The position numbers and the translations under genes were made by a program. 61,028 nucleotides of DNA from a virus: UHGV virus genome UHGV-0011871. The stretch is one strand, 5' to 3'. Below, in pieces: positions 1 to 9,409 of this stretch (within the stretch, counting starts at the first letter, position 1; every line of letters starts with the position of its first letter). The notes under the pieces were generated by a model that was not told where the DNA came from, made no database searches, and worked only from the letters and a program-made list of their open reading frames with translations.

Positions 1-286
1 CGATTTTGAGTCGTGCGCGTCTGCCAATTCCGCCACACTGGCACGATAAACCCTGGCATTACGGGGTTTCTATATTGTCGAGGTTCGTACTACCCCGAAA
101 CAGGTCGTACTATCCTGTCCGAAATGGGGTCGTTTGACTACGACTTCGTACGATTTTGCTCGTGCGAACATCTATTATATTACGTTGTTTGATTCGATAT
201 GTCAACGGTTTACGAAAAAAAAGTTACGCTAGTATAATTTACCAACGTAACCGTTTATTTGACATTCTATTCGATTTATGCGTTTG

Positions 287-1072
287 TTATTTTTTCTGCA
301 TGACACGTTGTAGCATGACCGCCATGTCAGCACGAGTGATATGCTCGTCAGGACGGAACGTATCGTCTCCGAAGCCGGATGTGATTCCGTTGTCCCTCAA
401 GAACATAATCGCCTCTGCCGCTCTGTGGTTTGCCGGTACGTCCGTGAATCCAGTCGCTTTTTTATTCGCTGCCATTCGTTTTGCCTCCTCTTCTTTTTTC
501 GCTTTGTCGTCTGCCTTACCTACCTTCGGCTGTAGTCCGTAGAACTCTGCGAGAGCCTTTACGTTTGCCTCCGCACATAGCTTACGGAACTGAGACGTTT
601 TCAGCTTCGGCAAGTCCGTGTAGGAATCCATGAAGCCATGCTCGATTAGGATAGCCGGCATTTTCGATTCCCGTAGGACGTGCATGTTCATTACCTTTAC
701 GCCTCGATCTCGCAATGCGGTTGCGGCGATAAGGTGGCGTTGAACCACCCTCGCCAGTTTCAGCGATTCGCCCACCGTGCTGTACACAAGAGTTTCGATA
801 CCTCCGTGATTGCCCATCTTACCGGCTAGTGCGTTGGCGTGGATGGATACGAAGACATCGGCTCCCCATTTATTCGCTTGGTCTGTCCGTGTCCTTAACG
901 GAACATCTTGCGAGTCCGAGAACGTGAATAACACCTCAACGTCTTTATACTTCATTAACTCGTCACGCATAGCGTACGCAATCTCACGGTTAATCGTATA
1001 TTCACGTAAGCCGTCAGGAGAACGTTTGCCAGGCGTATTCGGGCCGTGCCCTGCGTCAAGTACGATTTTCAT
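287..1072 (-). CDS. N-acetylmuramoyl-L-alanine amidase endolysin (Amidase_3-like catalytic domain plus C-terminal SLH domain)
   Basis: The N-terminal block 'KIVLDAGHG...SIHANA...' is typical of MurNAc-LAA amidases. The C-terminal 'FTDVPANHRAAEAIMFLRDNGITSGFGDDTFRPDEHITRADMAVMLQRV' is a canonical S-layer-homology repeat. Confidence 0.85.
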   Translation of the reverse strand: MKIVLDAGHGPNTPGKRSPDGLREYTINREIAYAMRDELMKYKDVEVLFTFSDSQDVPLRTRTDQANKWGADVFVSIHANALAGKMGNHGGIETLVYSTVGESLKLARVVQRHLIAATALRDRGVKVMNMHVLRESKMPAILIEHGFMDSYTDLPKLKTSQFRKLCAEANVKALAEFYGLQPKVGKADDKAKKEEEAKRMAANKKATGFTDVPANHRAAEAIMFLRDNGITSGFGDDTFRPDEHITRADMAVMLQRVMQKK

Positions 1073-1089
1073 TTGCGATCACCCTCCGA

Positions 1090-1281
1090 TTATTTTTTGT
1101 CTGATACGTTGAAACCTTTGCCACGTACAGGGTCAGTTACGATACCTGCTGCGATTAGCAATCCGAGAATTACATCGAGATACCTCTGAGTGTCTTCGGC
1201 AGCAATTTGGAATGCATCCGTAAGAATCATCGTGATTAGCGCCCCTAGTGCCACCCATAGTCCGTAGTTATTCCATCTCAT
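1090..1281 (-). CDS. holin (XhlB-like small two-TM protein)
   Basis: 63 aa with two hydrophobic helices and a charged C-terminus, immediately upstream of the endolysin. Confidence 0.6.
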   Translation of the reverse strand: MRWNNYGLWVALGALITMILTDAFQIAAEDTQRYLDVILGLLIAAGIVTDPVRGKGFNVSDKK

Positions 1282-1324
1282 TTACAATCTCTCCCTTTCG
1301 TTTTTTAATTTCGAGAATTTATAT

Positions 1325-1612
1325 TTAGAGGAAAGTGCTGATTAACGATGCGCCGAGTGTAAAGATACCGGCGATAATCGCAACCCACAATCCCCATTTC
1401 TCGCTTCGGTCAACTTTCCACTTGTCGTCATGTTGGTCCATTCGTCTCTCTAACTCCAATAGCCTGCGGTCGTTGTTATTCGCTTTGTCTAACGCTTCCC
1501 TAGCCGTATGCTTTATGTCGACTTGTTCGTCAAACTTCGTTTCCAATCGTGCAAGTCGGTCGAGGATTTCGAGGAGTAGTTGGTCCCGTTTCTCATTATC
1601 CAACATAAACAT
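1325..1612 (-). CDS. XhlA-like lysis-associated protein (coiled coil plus C-terminal TM helix)
   Basis: A coiled-coil N-terminus and a C-terminal 'WGLWVAIIAGIFTLGASLISTFL' anchor. The XhlA-holin-amidase order matches PBSX-type lysis cassettes. Confidence 0.5.
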   Translation of the reverse strand: MFMLDNEKRDQLLLEILDRLARLETKFDEQVDIKHTAREALDKANNNDRRLLELERRMDQHDDKWKVDRSEKWGLWVAIIAGIFTLGASLISTFL

Positions 1613-1618
1613 CCTCCC

Positions 1619-1765
1619 TTATTTAGTCTCCTCCAATTGGCGGATTTTCTCTTCCAACGATTTGATATGCGCCTTTAGCACGACTCGGTCATTTGTTAAC
1701 TCCGCCACCTCATGTTTGTAGAAAGCGACGATGTCTTCGATTTTGATTTTGCTATCCGGATTCAT
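1619..1765 (-). CDS. hypothetical small coiled-coil protein (48 aa)
   Basis: Not in the ORF track (<60 aa). ATG preceded by a GGGAGGGG RBS; ATGA overlap with the upstream gene's stop. Confidence 0.3.
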   Translation of the reverse strand: MNPDSKIKIEDIVAFYKHEVAELTNDRVVLKAHIKSLEEKIRQLEETK

Positions 1766-2274
1766 CGTTTACCCCTCCCGAGTAAGTCTTCTATTTTTTC
1801 CTTGATGTTTTTACCTGCGTCGTCACCTTTCGGCTCCTTTGCTTCGTCAATCTTATCTTTAATGCCTCCGACGAATTCGCCGATCTTCGCTTGTGCTTTT
1901 TCGATTTCTTCTTTGAGTTCCTGCTTGCGCTCTTCGTTGAATACCTGCCGGTCTTCTTTTCGTAGGTCAGGGCGGAATGCCCACATGATGTCCCGAACGT
2001 ATTTCCTAGCGTTGATTTCTTCGAACGGCATTTCCGGTTCGATTTCCGCCTCGTCGAATTCGCTTTCCGGCAAATTCAAGTTAATGGCAACGTAAGTGTG
2101 AATACCGTCCCTGTCTTCGCAATTCGGACATTTGATTACGAGGTTTTCGTATTGCTGAAATTCCTCGATGTACTTCGGTCTGAAATCGGAAGGCACGTCG
2201 TATGTGAAAACCTCCGAGCACCGAGGACACGTAAGTTCGACCGTGCCGTCGGTGTAGTTACTTACTAATGACAT
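1762..2274 (-). CDS. zinc-ribbon protein (CPRC...CPNC), acidic C-terminal half
   Basis: Two CxxC pairs; sits between the receptor-binding protein gene and the lysis cassette. Confidence 0.45.
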   Translation of the reverse strand: MSLVSNYTDGTVELTCPRCSEVFTYDVPSDFRPKYIEEFQQYENLVIKCPNCEDRDGIHTYVAINLNLPESEFDEAEIEPEMPFEEINARKYVRDIMWAFRPDLRKEDRQVFNEERKQELKEEIEKAQAKIGEFVGGIKDKIDEAKEPKGDDAGKNIKEKIEDLLGRGKR

Positions 2275-2285
2275 CTAATCACTCC

Positions 2286-4991
2286 TTAACAGTTGTATGT
2301 TCCACGCCAGTACGGATACGCACCGGCTGTATTTGTTCCGTTTATATACAGCCAAAATCCGTGACCTGAGAAGTCAATGGCGTATGGGGTTACGTTTCCT
2401 GCGGAAGAAAAAAAGCCTGCGGATGATGGAATATAGTTCTTCTGAGTACGGAAGTTAACGCCCACACCTGCGAGTGTACTTGTGGTTTTCACATGTTCCC
2501 GAGCGCCCACACCGCAATAGCCGGTTTCTCGATAGTTTTTAACCCAGTCTCCGGAACTGTTTAGGTATAGCTGATTTCCGTATGAGCCGATTCCGTCAAA
2601 ACTCATAGACGTTCCGCTTAACATCCGTACCGCCGCTCCACTGATTTCGAGGGCACCGTAAATGCTAGTTAAACGTGAGGAAGGGCTTATCGAGATTCCG
2701 CCTCCGCTATACATATTGATGTACGAACTTATGTTGCCCCAAGAGTCCGAAGCCCCCATTCGTAACAGACCGTCTCCGAGAATCTGCTTGCCTTGCGACA
2801 TTAACAGGTCCGCCCGCATTTGAAGGCTGCTATTGTCACTTGCGATGTAACCGGCTCCGCCCGTTGTCGTTCCTAGGTAAATCGACTTGTGAGTCTGGCT
2901 TACGTTTATAGTTCCGACTTGAAATCCGCTTGCATTCCATATCGCCCATGAGCCTGTGTTATTTTCTATCTTACCGTGTCCATCCGTTAGTTCCATGTCG
3001 GAGGCACCGTCTGACGAACGGAATACCGAACCTGTAATCGTAGTACCGGTGATGTAAGCACTCGTAATGTTAACCGAGTTTAGCTGACCGGAGTACACCG
3101 TTCCCAAGTTGGCTGTTAATGACGATAGTTCGTAGACATTTATGTGATTCGAATTGATTACGTTAGCCGCAATCTCAGTCGTGCTGTCCACTCGGTTCGG
3201 ACCTGCAGGACCCATCATTAGCGCCCAAGTGTATTCGGATGCGTTCGTGGACTCAACCGGTGTCGTCTTGTTATGCGCAACCCCGATGTATTTCTTTCCG
3301 GTCGGGTCGTCGCTCAATCCGCCTCCGATTGCGTTGTCAGCGTACTTAATCCACGTATATGTTGTGACTCCGTCTTTCCCGTCTTCGCCGTCAGCACCTC
3401 TGATAAGCGACCATACGTAGTCAGCCGGGTCATTCGATTCGGTAGGAGTCGTCTTGTTGTATGCGAAACCGATGTACCGTTTTCCGGTCGGTTCGTCGGA
3501 TATGCCCGAGCCGTTTTCATCGTCTGCATATTTGACCCAAGTGTACGTCGTCTCACCGTCTTTGCCGTCTTTACCGTTCTCGCCGTCTGCCCCTTTAATC
3601 AGCGACCAAGTATAGTCGGTCGGGTCGTCGGATTCCTTAGGTGTCGGCTTATTCGCTGCGATACCGATGTAGTCTTTACCGCTCGGGTCGTCTGTCATTC
3701 CGTTACCTTGAGCGTCGTCAGCGTACTTAACCCAAGTGTAGAACGATAGCCCCGGAGGTCCTTGCGTTCCCGTCTCTTCCCATTGACCGGTGTCGTGATT
3801 ATATATCTTCATTACGTGTGATGCGCCTGACGTGTCAATCCATATCCAGTTCGTATTAGTAGGCGGATTGTCACCATAAAAGATGTTCGTTTTCTGCGCT
3901 AGCTGATTTCGGAAGTAATCCCGTAGAGCACGGATTTCATCCTCTTCATACTCGATGAACTCGCCTAGCGTAAACTTCTTCTCTGTCGGGTCTGTGATAG
4001 GTGCTTCGATTGCGATCACTCGAGCGTCTAGGTATAGTGGCGGTTCGTATTCTGTCGCTTTGATTCGTACGCTATCGCCCAGTCGAATCTTCTCGTTTTC
4101 ATAGCCGAGAATATGCTCGAGGTCTGCCCCATCGATTGTGTACTCGATAGCTGCCGCAATCCTAGCGTTAAGTGACTGCGTCGCATACTGCCGGACTTGC
4201 GCCTCAGACATTTCTTGATTGTCGGATTGAACCTCGAGAACTTCCCATAGGTGCCGTCCGTCCCTGCCCCAAACTTGACGTGCTTCTTCATTGGTCACTT
4301 CGACAACGATTCGTGAGCCATCTTCCCTTTCCGGTCCTAAACCGACTAGAGCCGTGACCACTTCTTCGGTTGTTTCCCGTCTTGTCGCATTGATTAAGTC
4401 CTTACCGGAGTTAATTTCCCGACCGATAAAGCCTCCAATACGTTTGACAGCGTCTACGTAGCGTCCTGTGACCTTGTTACCGTTAGTCTCAATACGGAAG
4501 CTGAGTTCCATTTCATGGGCGTATGCCGTTTCCTGCAACGCTTGGAAAGGCGATACATAATTGTCGAATTCAATTGTAGCCGTACCGGAGTAGTCCGTGT
4601 TACCACGCTTCCACCCCGTGCCTGATAAGACAATGTCCATCATCGTATTTAGCGATTGTCCCTCGTGCTTGCCTGCCGGTAACGGCTTACCTTTCTTCAA
4701 TTCAAGATGCGATGCCGTGGAGTAAACCTCGACTTTGTGGAAGTCTTGAATCGTTTCATCGATAATGAACTCTCGGAAGATACCGCCCCCGACCGGAATA
4801 ATCAGTCGGTTGCGTTCCCGAAGGAAAGGGGTAGCATCGCTCTCAGGAACCGTTGTAAAGTCGAAAGTCTCTTTGCTGCCGGATAGTTGCTGTAGATGTG
4901 AGTCGTCGTATATTACCGTTCTTTCGCTAGTGTTACTCAGAACGGCGACCAATAAATCGGTCTGACCGTCTAGTACGTGAATTTGAGACAT
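2286..4991 (-). CDS. tail fibre / receptor-binding protein (Tal-like N-terminus, triplicated internal repeat)
   Basis: 901 aa, directly downstream of Dit. Three tandem ~60-aa repeats ('TYTWVKYADD..GxG.SD.PTGKxYIG.A.NKTTP.ES.D...Y.W.L..G..G..GKDG') and a Gly/Ser/Thr-rich C-terminal domain. Confidence 0.7.
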   Translation of the reverse strand: MSQIHVLDGQTDLLVAVLSNTSERTVIYDDSHLQQLSGSKETFDFTTVPESDATPFLRERNRLIIPVGGGIFREFIIDETIQDFHKVEVYSTASHLELKKGKPLPAGKHEGQSLNTMMDIVLSGTGWKRGNTDYSGTATIEFDNYVSPFQALQETAYAHEMELSFRIETNGNKVTGRYVDAVKRIGGFIGREINSGKDLINATRRETTEEVVTALVGLGPEREDGSRIVVEVTNEEARQVWGRDGRHLWEVLEVQSDNQEMSEAQVRQYATQSLNARIAAAIEYTIDGADLEHILGYENEKIRLGDSVRIKATEYEPPLYLDARVIAIEAPITDPTEKKFTLGEFIEYEEDEIRALRDYFRNQLAQKTNIFYGDNPPTNTNWIWIDTSGASHVMKIYNHDTGQWEETGTQGPPGLSFYTWVKYADDAQGNGMTDDPSGKDYIGIAANKPTPKESDDPTDYTWSLIKGADGENGKDGKDGETTYTWVKYADDENGSGISDEPTGKRYIGFAYNKTTPTESNDPADYVWSLIRGADGEDGKDGVTTYTWIKYADNAIGGGLSDDPTGKKYIGVAHNKTTPVESTNASEYTWALMMGPAGPNRVDSTTEIAANVINSNHINVYELSSLTANLGTVYSGQLNSVNITSAYITGTTITGSVFRSSDGASDMELTDGHGKIENNTGSWAIWNASGFQVGTINVSQTHKSIYLGTTTGGAGYIASDNSSLQMRADLLMSQGKQILGDGLLRMGASDSWGNISSYINMYSGGGISISPSSRLTSIYGALEISGAAVRMLSGTSMSFDGIGSYGNQLYLNSSGDWVKNYRETGYCGVGAREHVKTTSTLAGVGVNFRTQKNYIPSSAGFFSSAGNVTPYAIDFSGHGFWLYINGTNTAGAYPYWRGTYNC

Positions 4992-5002
4992 TGAAACACC
5001 GC

Positions 5003-6475
5003 CTATTTGTATTTATTGCGCCAGTGTATATCCGTTACTAGCGCTTCTGTCGGGTACTGATGAATCGAGTTGTAGCCAGGCTCAAGCGTAAAGAACGTTG
5101 CCCCGAAGTCCTTCAAGTCCTTACGTGATTCGCCGTTGATTAAAATGTCTTCGGTTGCATGGTCGATTACTAATCGATCGCCCGGATTCATGATGACTGG
5201 CACCCCGTCAGGACGTTCGTTGATTCGGAATGCTTTAATGTCCTTAACTCGCATTGTCGTCGGTCGAATGTCGGGCCAGCAACGAATTGCAACTTGAATC
5301 TGTGTGATAGGTGCGTCGAACTTATGAGCGTAATCGTAGTAAATCCATTGACCGGAACGAGTGTAGTGTGTGCCATCCTTCGCAACCATCGCAAAGTACG
5401 GTTTGTATTCGTAGATGCCTGACGGTGTCCTAGAACGTGTTAGCCTCAAGATGCCATCAAAGTCGTTCCAATCGGAAGGTGTATCGGCGTACCTGCCGTA
5501 GTCCACCCGATCTTTTCCGACATTCCCTAGCTGCATCTTCACTCGGTTACGGCTGATAGTCCGTTCAGTGTCTCCGACCCCTAACTTTGCAACCGTATTG
5601 TTATCCGCATCTAGTAGGTAAACTTCGATTTGACCTACGTGTGTGCCGGACACCGTGTTAATGTTTTCTACCATTACGTCTACTACGAATTGGTCAAGTG
5701 CTTCACCGATGCTTCGTTTAACCGACGGACCTTGCCAACCGATAGGCTTGACAGGTTCACCGAATGCACTAGCAACGAAGGCACCTCCGGTAGCTGACAT
5801 TTGACCTGCGATATGTCCGTTATCTACGTAGGTAGCATCCGTCCATCCGGTCAGTGCGTTCATAGCGTCATGCATTGAGAGAGTCTCCCGATCAAATACC
5901 GTGTCGCTCGCAGACGCAGGCTGACCGATTCGCATATACTCGCCATCATGCCGTACAAAGTCTACGTGAGTGATAGCGTGGTGTGCTGTGGCTTCGAAAC
6001 GAGGCGCTGTGGCTTCGTTACCCTCGACTAGCAATGTAGCTGAGTCCGAAGTGTTATCGACCTGTACAATCTGCTCTGAGGCGTATTTGAACGGGTCAGG
6101 ACATGTAAATTTAAACGTCCCTTGCCCGAATGTACGGATTTCATCCCACGAACTCGTGTCGGATAGGATGCCGTAGTACGTTTTGTCTTCGTCAGAAAAC
6201 TCGATCGGCACTACGTCTTCTGTCGTAACAAGTTCGTTTAGCTTATCTACCTTTGTGCGTAGGTCTGCGAGGCTTGTCGCCCGAAGCGTGAACGATACCT
6301 CTAACTCACGAGGAGGAGTCTTGATTCTTCGTAAGTAGGCACCGTGACGACCGGGAACCTCGAGCAATGTCGCTTCTCTCTTCGACGGCCCACGCCCTTT
6401 AATCTCGTTTATATCGAAGACCCCGGAGCCAAGCACTGACTCCAAGGGTTCGTTATTTACTTTCATAGTTATCAT
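5003..6475 (-). CDS. distal tail protein (Dit), long form
   Basis: Sits between the TMP and the receptor-binding protein, as usual for siphoviruses. At 490 aa it probably carries an inserted carbohydrate-binding domain. Confidence 0.55.
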   Translation of the reverse strand: MITMKVNNEPLESVLGSGVFDINEIKGRGPSKREATLLEVPGRHGAYLRRIKTPPRELEVSFTLRATSLADLRTKVDKLNELVTTEDVVPIEFSDEDKTYYGILSDTSSWDEIRTFGQGTFKFTCPDPFKYASEQIVQVDNTSDSATLLVEGNEATAPRFEATAHHAITHVDFVRHDGEYMRIGQPASASDTVFDRETLSMHDAMNALTGWTDATYVDNGHIAGQMSATGGAFVASAFGEPVKPIGWQGPSVKRSIGEALDQFVVDVMVENINTVSGTHVGQIEVYLLDADNNTVAKLGVGDTERTISRNRVKMQLGNVGKDRVDYGRYADTPSDWNDFDGILRLTRSRTPSGIYEYKPYFAMVAKDGTHYTRSGQWIYYDYAHKFDAPITQIQVAIRCWPDIRPTTMRVKDIKAFRINERPDGVPVIMNPGDRLVIDHATEDILINGESRKDLKDFGATFFTLEPGYNSIHQYPTEALVTDIHWRNKYK

Positions 6476-6487
6476 GCAGTTACCTCC

Positions 6488-8677
6488 TTACTTGAATCGT
6501 TGATTTCGCTTCTTCTCCCGTTCCTGCTCCTGCGTAACATACCGGATAACGCCTTTCGCTTCGTGACCGCCAATTTGAATAACCGCATACTGATCGGTAG
6601 ACGAGTTATTACTATCAGAAGTTGCTGTAGCTTGCGGTGCTTGTCGTGTAGCGTACTTAGCTGCTCGTGCGTTTTCGTATGCTTCTCGTGAAGATGCTAC
6701 GCCTGCCGTGAATTGGTAGTCTTTGTTCATTTGCTCAAGTGGTCGGCTGATTGCTTTCGCCACAATCGCTGCCTCACGCTCTGCCTTAGAAGCCATTCCG
6801 ACCATTCCGTCAATTACACCGTAAGTAATCCAACGTCCTACGTCCTTCTTCATTACTCGTGATGGCGAGTTAATATCGAAGAAGCTAGTAAATCCGCTTT
6901 TGATTTTGCCCCCGATATTCTTAACGGCTTTGCCAACGTCGATACTCGAGATACCATCGACTAAACCTTGAATGATGTTTTTACCGATGCTTACTAAGTC
7001 GATGCCTTCTAGGAAGCTGACTGCGTTATTCCACATGTCAACGATTTTGTCATACATGTTTCCAAGCCATTTGACGATAGAATCGTACATGTTACCGAAT
7101 CCATCGGCTACGGTCTTTACCCACTCTTTGACCTTGTCGATTGTTTTTCCGGCTTCGTCCCACTTCGTCTTAATCCAGTTAGAGACTTTATTGAACGTTT
7201 CAATCGTCCATGCTTTGATTGAGTCCCAGTTCTTGTAGACAATTACAGCAATTAGGATAACCGCTTGAATCGCCATTCCGATAGGACCGCCTGCGAATCG
7301 AAGTAATGTCGCTCCGACACGTCCGATCATCGGGATTATTTTCATGAAGTTCGCACCTAGATTGCCAATCCACGTCCAAAGACGAGAGACTACCGGTATT
7401 AGCTTCTGCGTTATTCCAGTCGAGCGACCAATCCACGCCACGAACTTTATTAAGCCACTGACAATCGGTTCAAAAAACCGAAGAAGCGCTCCGAGAATTG
7501 GAAGGATTAGCGAGAGTGACGCTCTGTAAAGCATGAACGCTGCAATAGCCTTACCTATCCATTCGTTATTCTTTAGACCTGCCTCCGCCCATACGAGGAA
7601 TTTGTTAACAAGATCGAGAACTATCTCGCCTACCGGAGCCATCGCAATTCCAAGCTGTACGAGGAATGTGATTAGATTACCGATGAAGGATAGCAATACC
7701 GGACCTTGTTCCGCAGCATACTGTAGGAACCTTTGGAATGCATCGTTTTCGTCTAACGTAGATGACCACTCACGGAATGATTCGGACATGTCGAGGAATC
7801 CATCCGCAAACTTATCGGTCAACGGTTCGAATGCCACCATCATATTCATGAATCCGACACCGAAATTACCGATAGTCTTCATTAGCTTTTCGAAGTGCGT
7901 TCCGGCTTCTGTGCCGAACCATGCGAATATGTTCTTAACGTCATTAGAGCCGAGGTTCTCGTTGAATGCTTTCGCCAAGTTCTTAGCCGCTTCAATCGAA
8001 CTTTCAATTGTAGGCTGAAACATTTTCAGTGCGGTATTGGCACCTGTCAACGCAAGTACGAATACCTCTAGCGTGGACTCACGGAATTTATCTTGCATCG
8101 TATCCCAAGTATCACGGAATTGGTCGAGTGACGCTAACGTGTCCCTAGTTGCGGTGCTGAGATTATACCACTCTTTCGAGCCTCGCTTGACAGAATCGTC
8201 TAAATCGTTTATGTGCTGAATTGCCGGAACTGCTACCAATGCGAACGCACCCATCGCTCCGGCTGCTCCGATCAGTTGGGCGGCTAGTGCTCCGGCTCCA
8301 CCTGCGGCACCGCCTAGTATCGGCCCAAGCGTAGGTAACATCATCCATATAGCGCCCGTTCCCATTTGCATTAGGATTTCGTCGATATTACGAAGCCTTG
8401 TCGCTACCTTATCGATGTCTTTCGATTCGTGAATCCTAATCCACATATGTTTTACTAACGGGATTCGGCTGACTACGCCCAAGAATTTGTTAACCTTACG
8501 AGTAGGCTCTTCCGTGTGTGCGTCTACATCTACGTCGGGGTCAATCCGGTCTAATGAACGAGCCGACCGTTCCAGTTGGTCTAGCTGACGCTCAAGTCGT
8601 GCGTGAGTAGCCGTAAACTTGTCGATGGCTTGAATTGTATAGCTTATGTTCATTTTGTTGTTATTTTTCTGCGCCAT
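6488..8677 (-). CDS. tail tape measure protein
   Basis: 729 aa with a Gly/Ala-rich hydrophobic central segment and coiled-coil ends. Follows the G/GT chaperone pair. Confidence 0.8.
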   Translation of the reverse strand: MAQKNNNKMNISYTIQAIDKFTATHARLERQLDQLERSARSLDRIDPDVDVDAHTEEPTRKVNKFLGVVSRIPLVKHMWIRIHESKDIDKVATRLRNIDEILMQMGTGAIWMMLPTLGPILGGAAGGAGALAAQLIGAAGAMGAFALVAVPAIQHINDLDDSVKRGSKEWYNLSTATRDTLASLDQFRDTWDTMQDKFRESTLEVFVLALTGANTALKMFQPTIESSIEAAKNLAKAFNENLGSNDVKNIFAWFGTEAGTHFEKLMKTIGNFGVGFMNMMVAFEPLTDKFADGFLDMSESFREWSSTLDENDAFQRFLQYAAEQGPVLLSFIGNLITFLVQLGIAMAPVGEIVLDLVNKFLVWAEAGLKNNEWIGKAIAAFMLYRASLSLILPILGALLRFFEPIVSGLIKFVAWIGRSTGITQKLIPVVSRLWTWIGNLGANFMKIIPMIGRVGATLLRFAGGPIGMAIQAVILIAVIVYKNWDSIKAWTIETFNKVSNWIKTKWDEAGKTIDKVKEWVKTVADGFGNMYDSIVKWLGNMYDKIVDMWNNAVSFLEGIDLVSIGKNIIQGLVDGISSIDVGKAVKNIGGKIKSGFTSFFDINSPSRVMKKDVGRWITYGVIDGMVGMASKAEREAAIVAKAISRPLEQMNKDYQFTAGVASSREAYENARAAKYATRQAPQATATSDSNNSSTDQYAVIQIGGHEAKGVIRYVTQEQEREKKRNQRFK

Positions 8678-8698
8678 GACGTACCTCCCTTTCTCTTA

Positions 8699-9297
8699 CT
8701 ACTTCCGTTGGACATCCTTCGATTTCATCTTCCAAAAAGCTGACCAAAACGGAATTTCGTTAGGAGAGATACCTTCGTCGTGATGTTCTATTCTAATAAC
8801 GGATTCGTCCGCACTTAATCCGAACGCCTGCGCAACACGCTCGGGTAAATGGACGGTTGAGTAACGACGACGTGTACCTGTAAGTTCGCCCACCGTGATT
8901 TCTTTAGCGTCTGCCAATTCGTACAGTGAGCGAAGGTACGGGTCGTCCTTTAGTCGTTTTTTGCGTCTTCCTCCGCTTTATCATAGAATCCACTCATTTC
9001 AAGTACCTTTCCTGCGATTGTTTGAATCGCACCGAATGATTTTTCGGCTTCAAGTACCGCCAGGTCTTTTTCGTTGAATACTGCTTCGCCGTCTTTCGTT
9101 TTGCATCCGTAGATTACCGCAAGGTTTAACATACGGACTTGGTCGCTTCTGTATTTCATTACCTGCTTCAACTCTTGCGATGCAAGCGTCTTAACCGGTA
9201 GCGTTACGTCCCATTCTTTAACGTAGATTTCATCGTACTTGATGTCGTCTGAACTGATTACCTTTTCCCTCAATGCTTTAACGTCGAATTTACTCAT
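8699..9297 (-). CDS. tail assembly chaperone GT fusion (programmed -1 frameshift)
   Basis: The -1 frame from heptamer AAAAAAC (plus-strand 8956-8962) continues '...KKRLKDDPYLRSLYELADAKEITVGEL...' into the 8699..8917 ORF. Confidence 0.55.
8950..9297 (-). CDS. tail assembly chaperone (G product)
   Basis: 115 aa, acidic, immediately upstream of the TMP. Ends at the slippery heptamer A_AAA_AAC. Confidence 0.6.
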   Translation of the reverse strand: MSKFDVKALREKVISSDDIKYDEIYVKEWDVTLPVKTLASQELKQVMKYRSDQVRMLNLAVIYGCKTKDGEAVFNEKDLAVLEAEKSFGAIQTIAGKVLEMSGFYDKAEEDAKND

Positions 9298-9409
9298 TTA
9301 TAAAACCTCCGATAGTTTATTAGTTTGATTTCCGAGTTTATGCGCCTGCCAGGCACCTCGGACCGTGCTTTTCGGGAGCTACCCTAGACAGGCGATAAGT
9401 TCCGTTGGC

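Noticed and set aside
156-542. 128-aa plus-strand ORF overlapping the endolysin gene
   Set aside because: Entirely antisense to a confidently identified amidase gene, with no RBS and low-complexity translation. A shadow ORF.
3154-3749. Plus-strand ORFs (88 and 158 aa) inside the receptor-binding protein gene
   Set aside because: Antisense to the repeat region of the 901-aa tail protein. The repeats generate long open frames on the opposite strand.
7533-8018. 161-aa plus-strand ORF inside the tape measure gene
   Set aside because: Antisense shadow of the TMP gene, with no translation signals.
9300-9409. Possible terminator after the major tail protein gene
   Set aside because: Only a long-range imperfect stem (CGCCTG...CAGGCG) without a U-tract on the sense strand, which is too weak to call.
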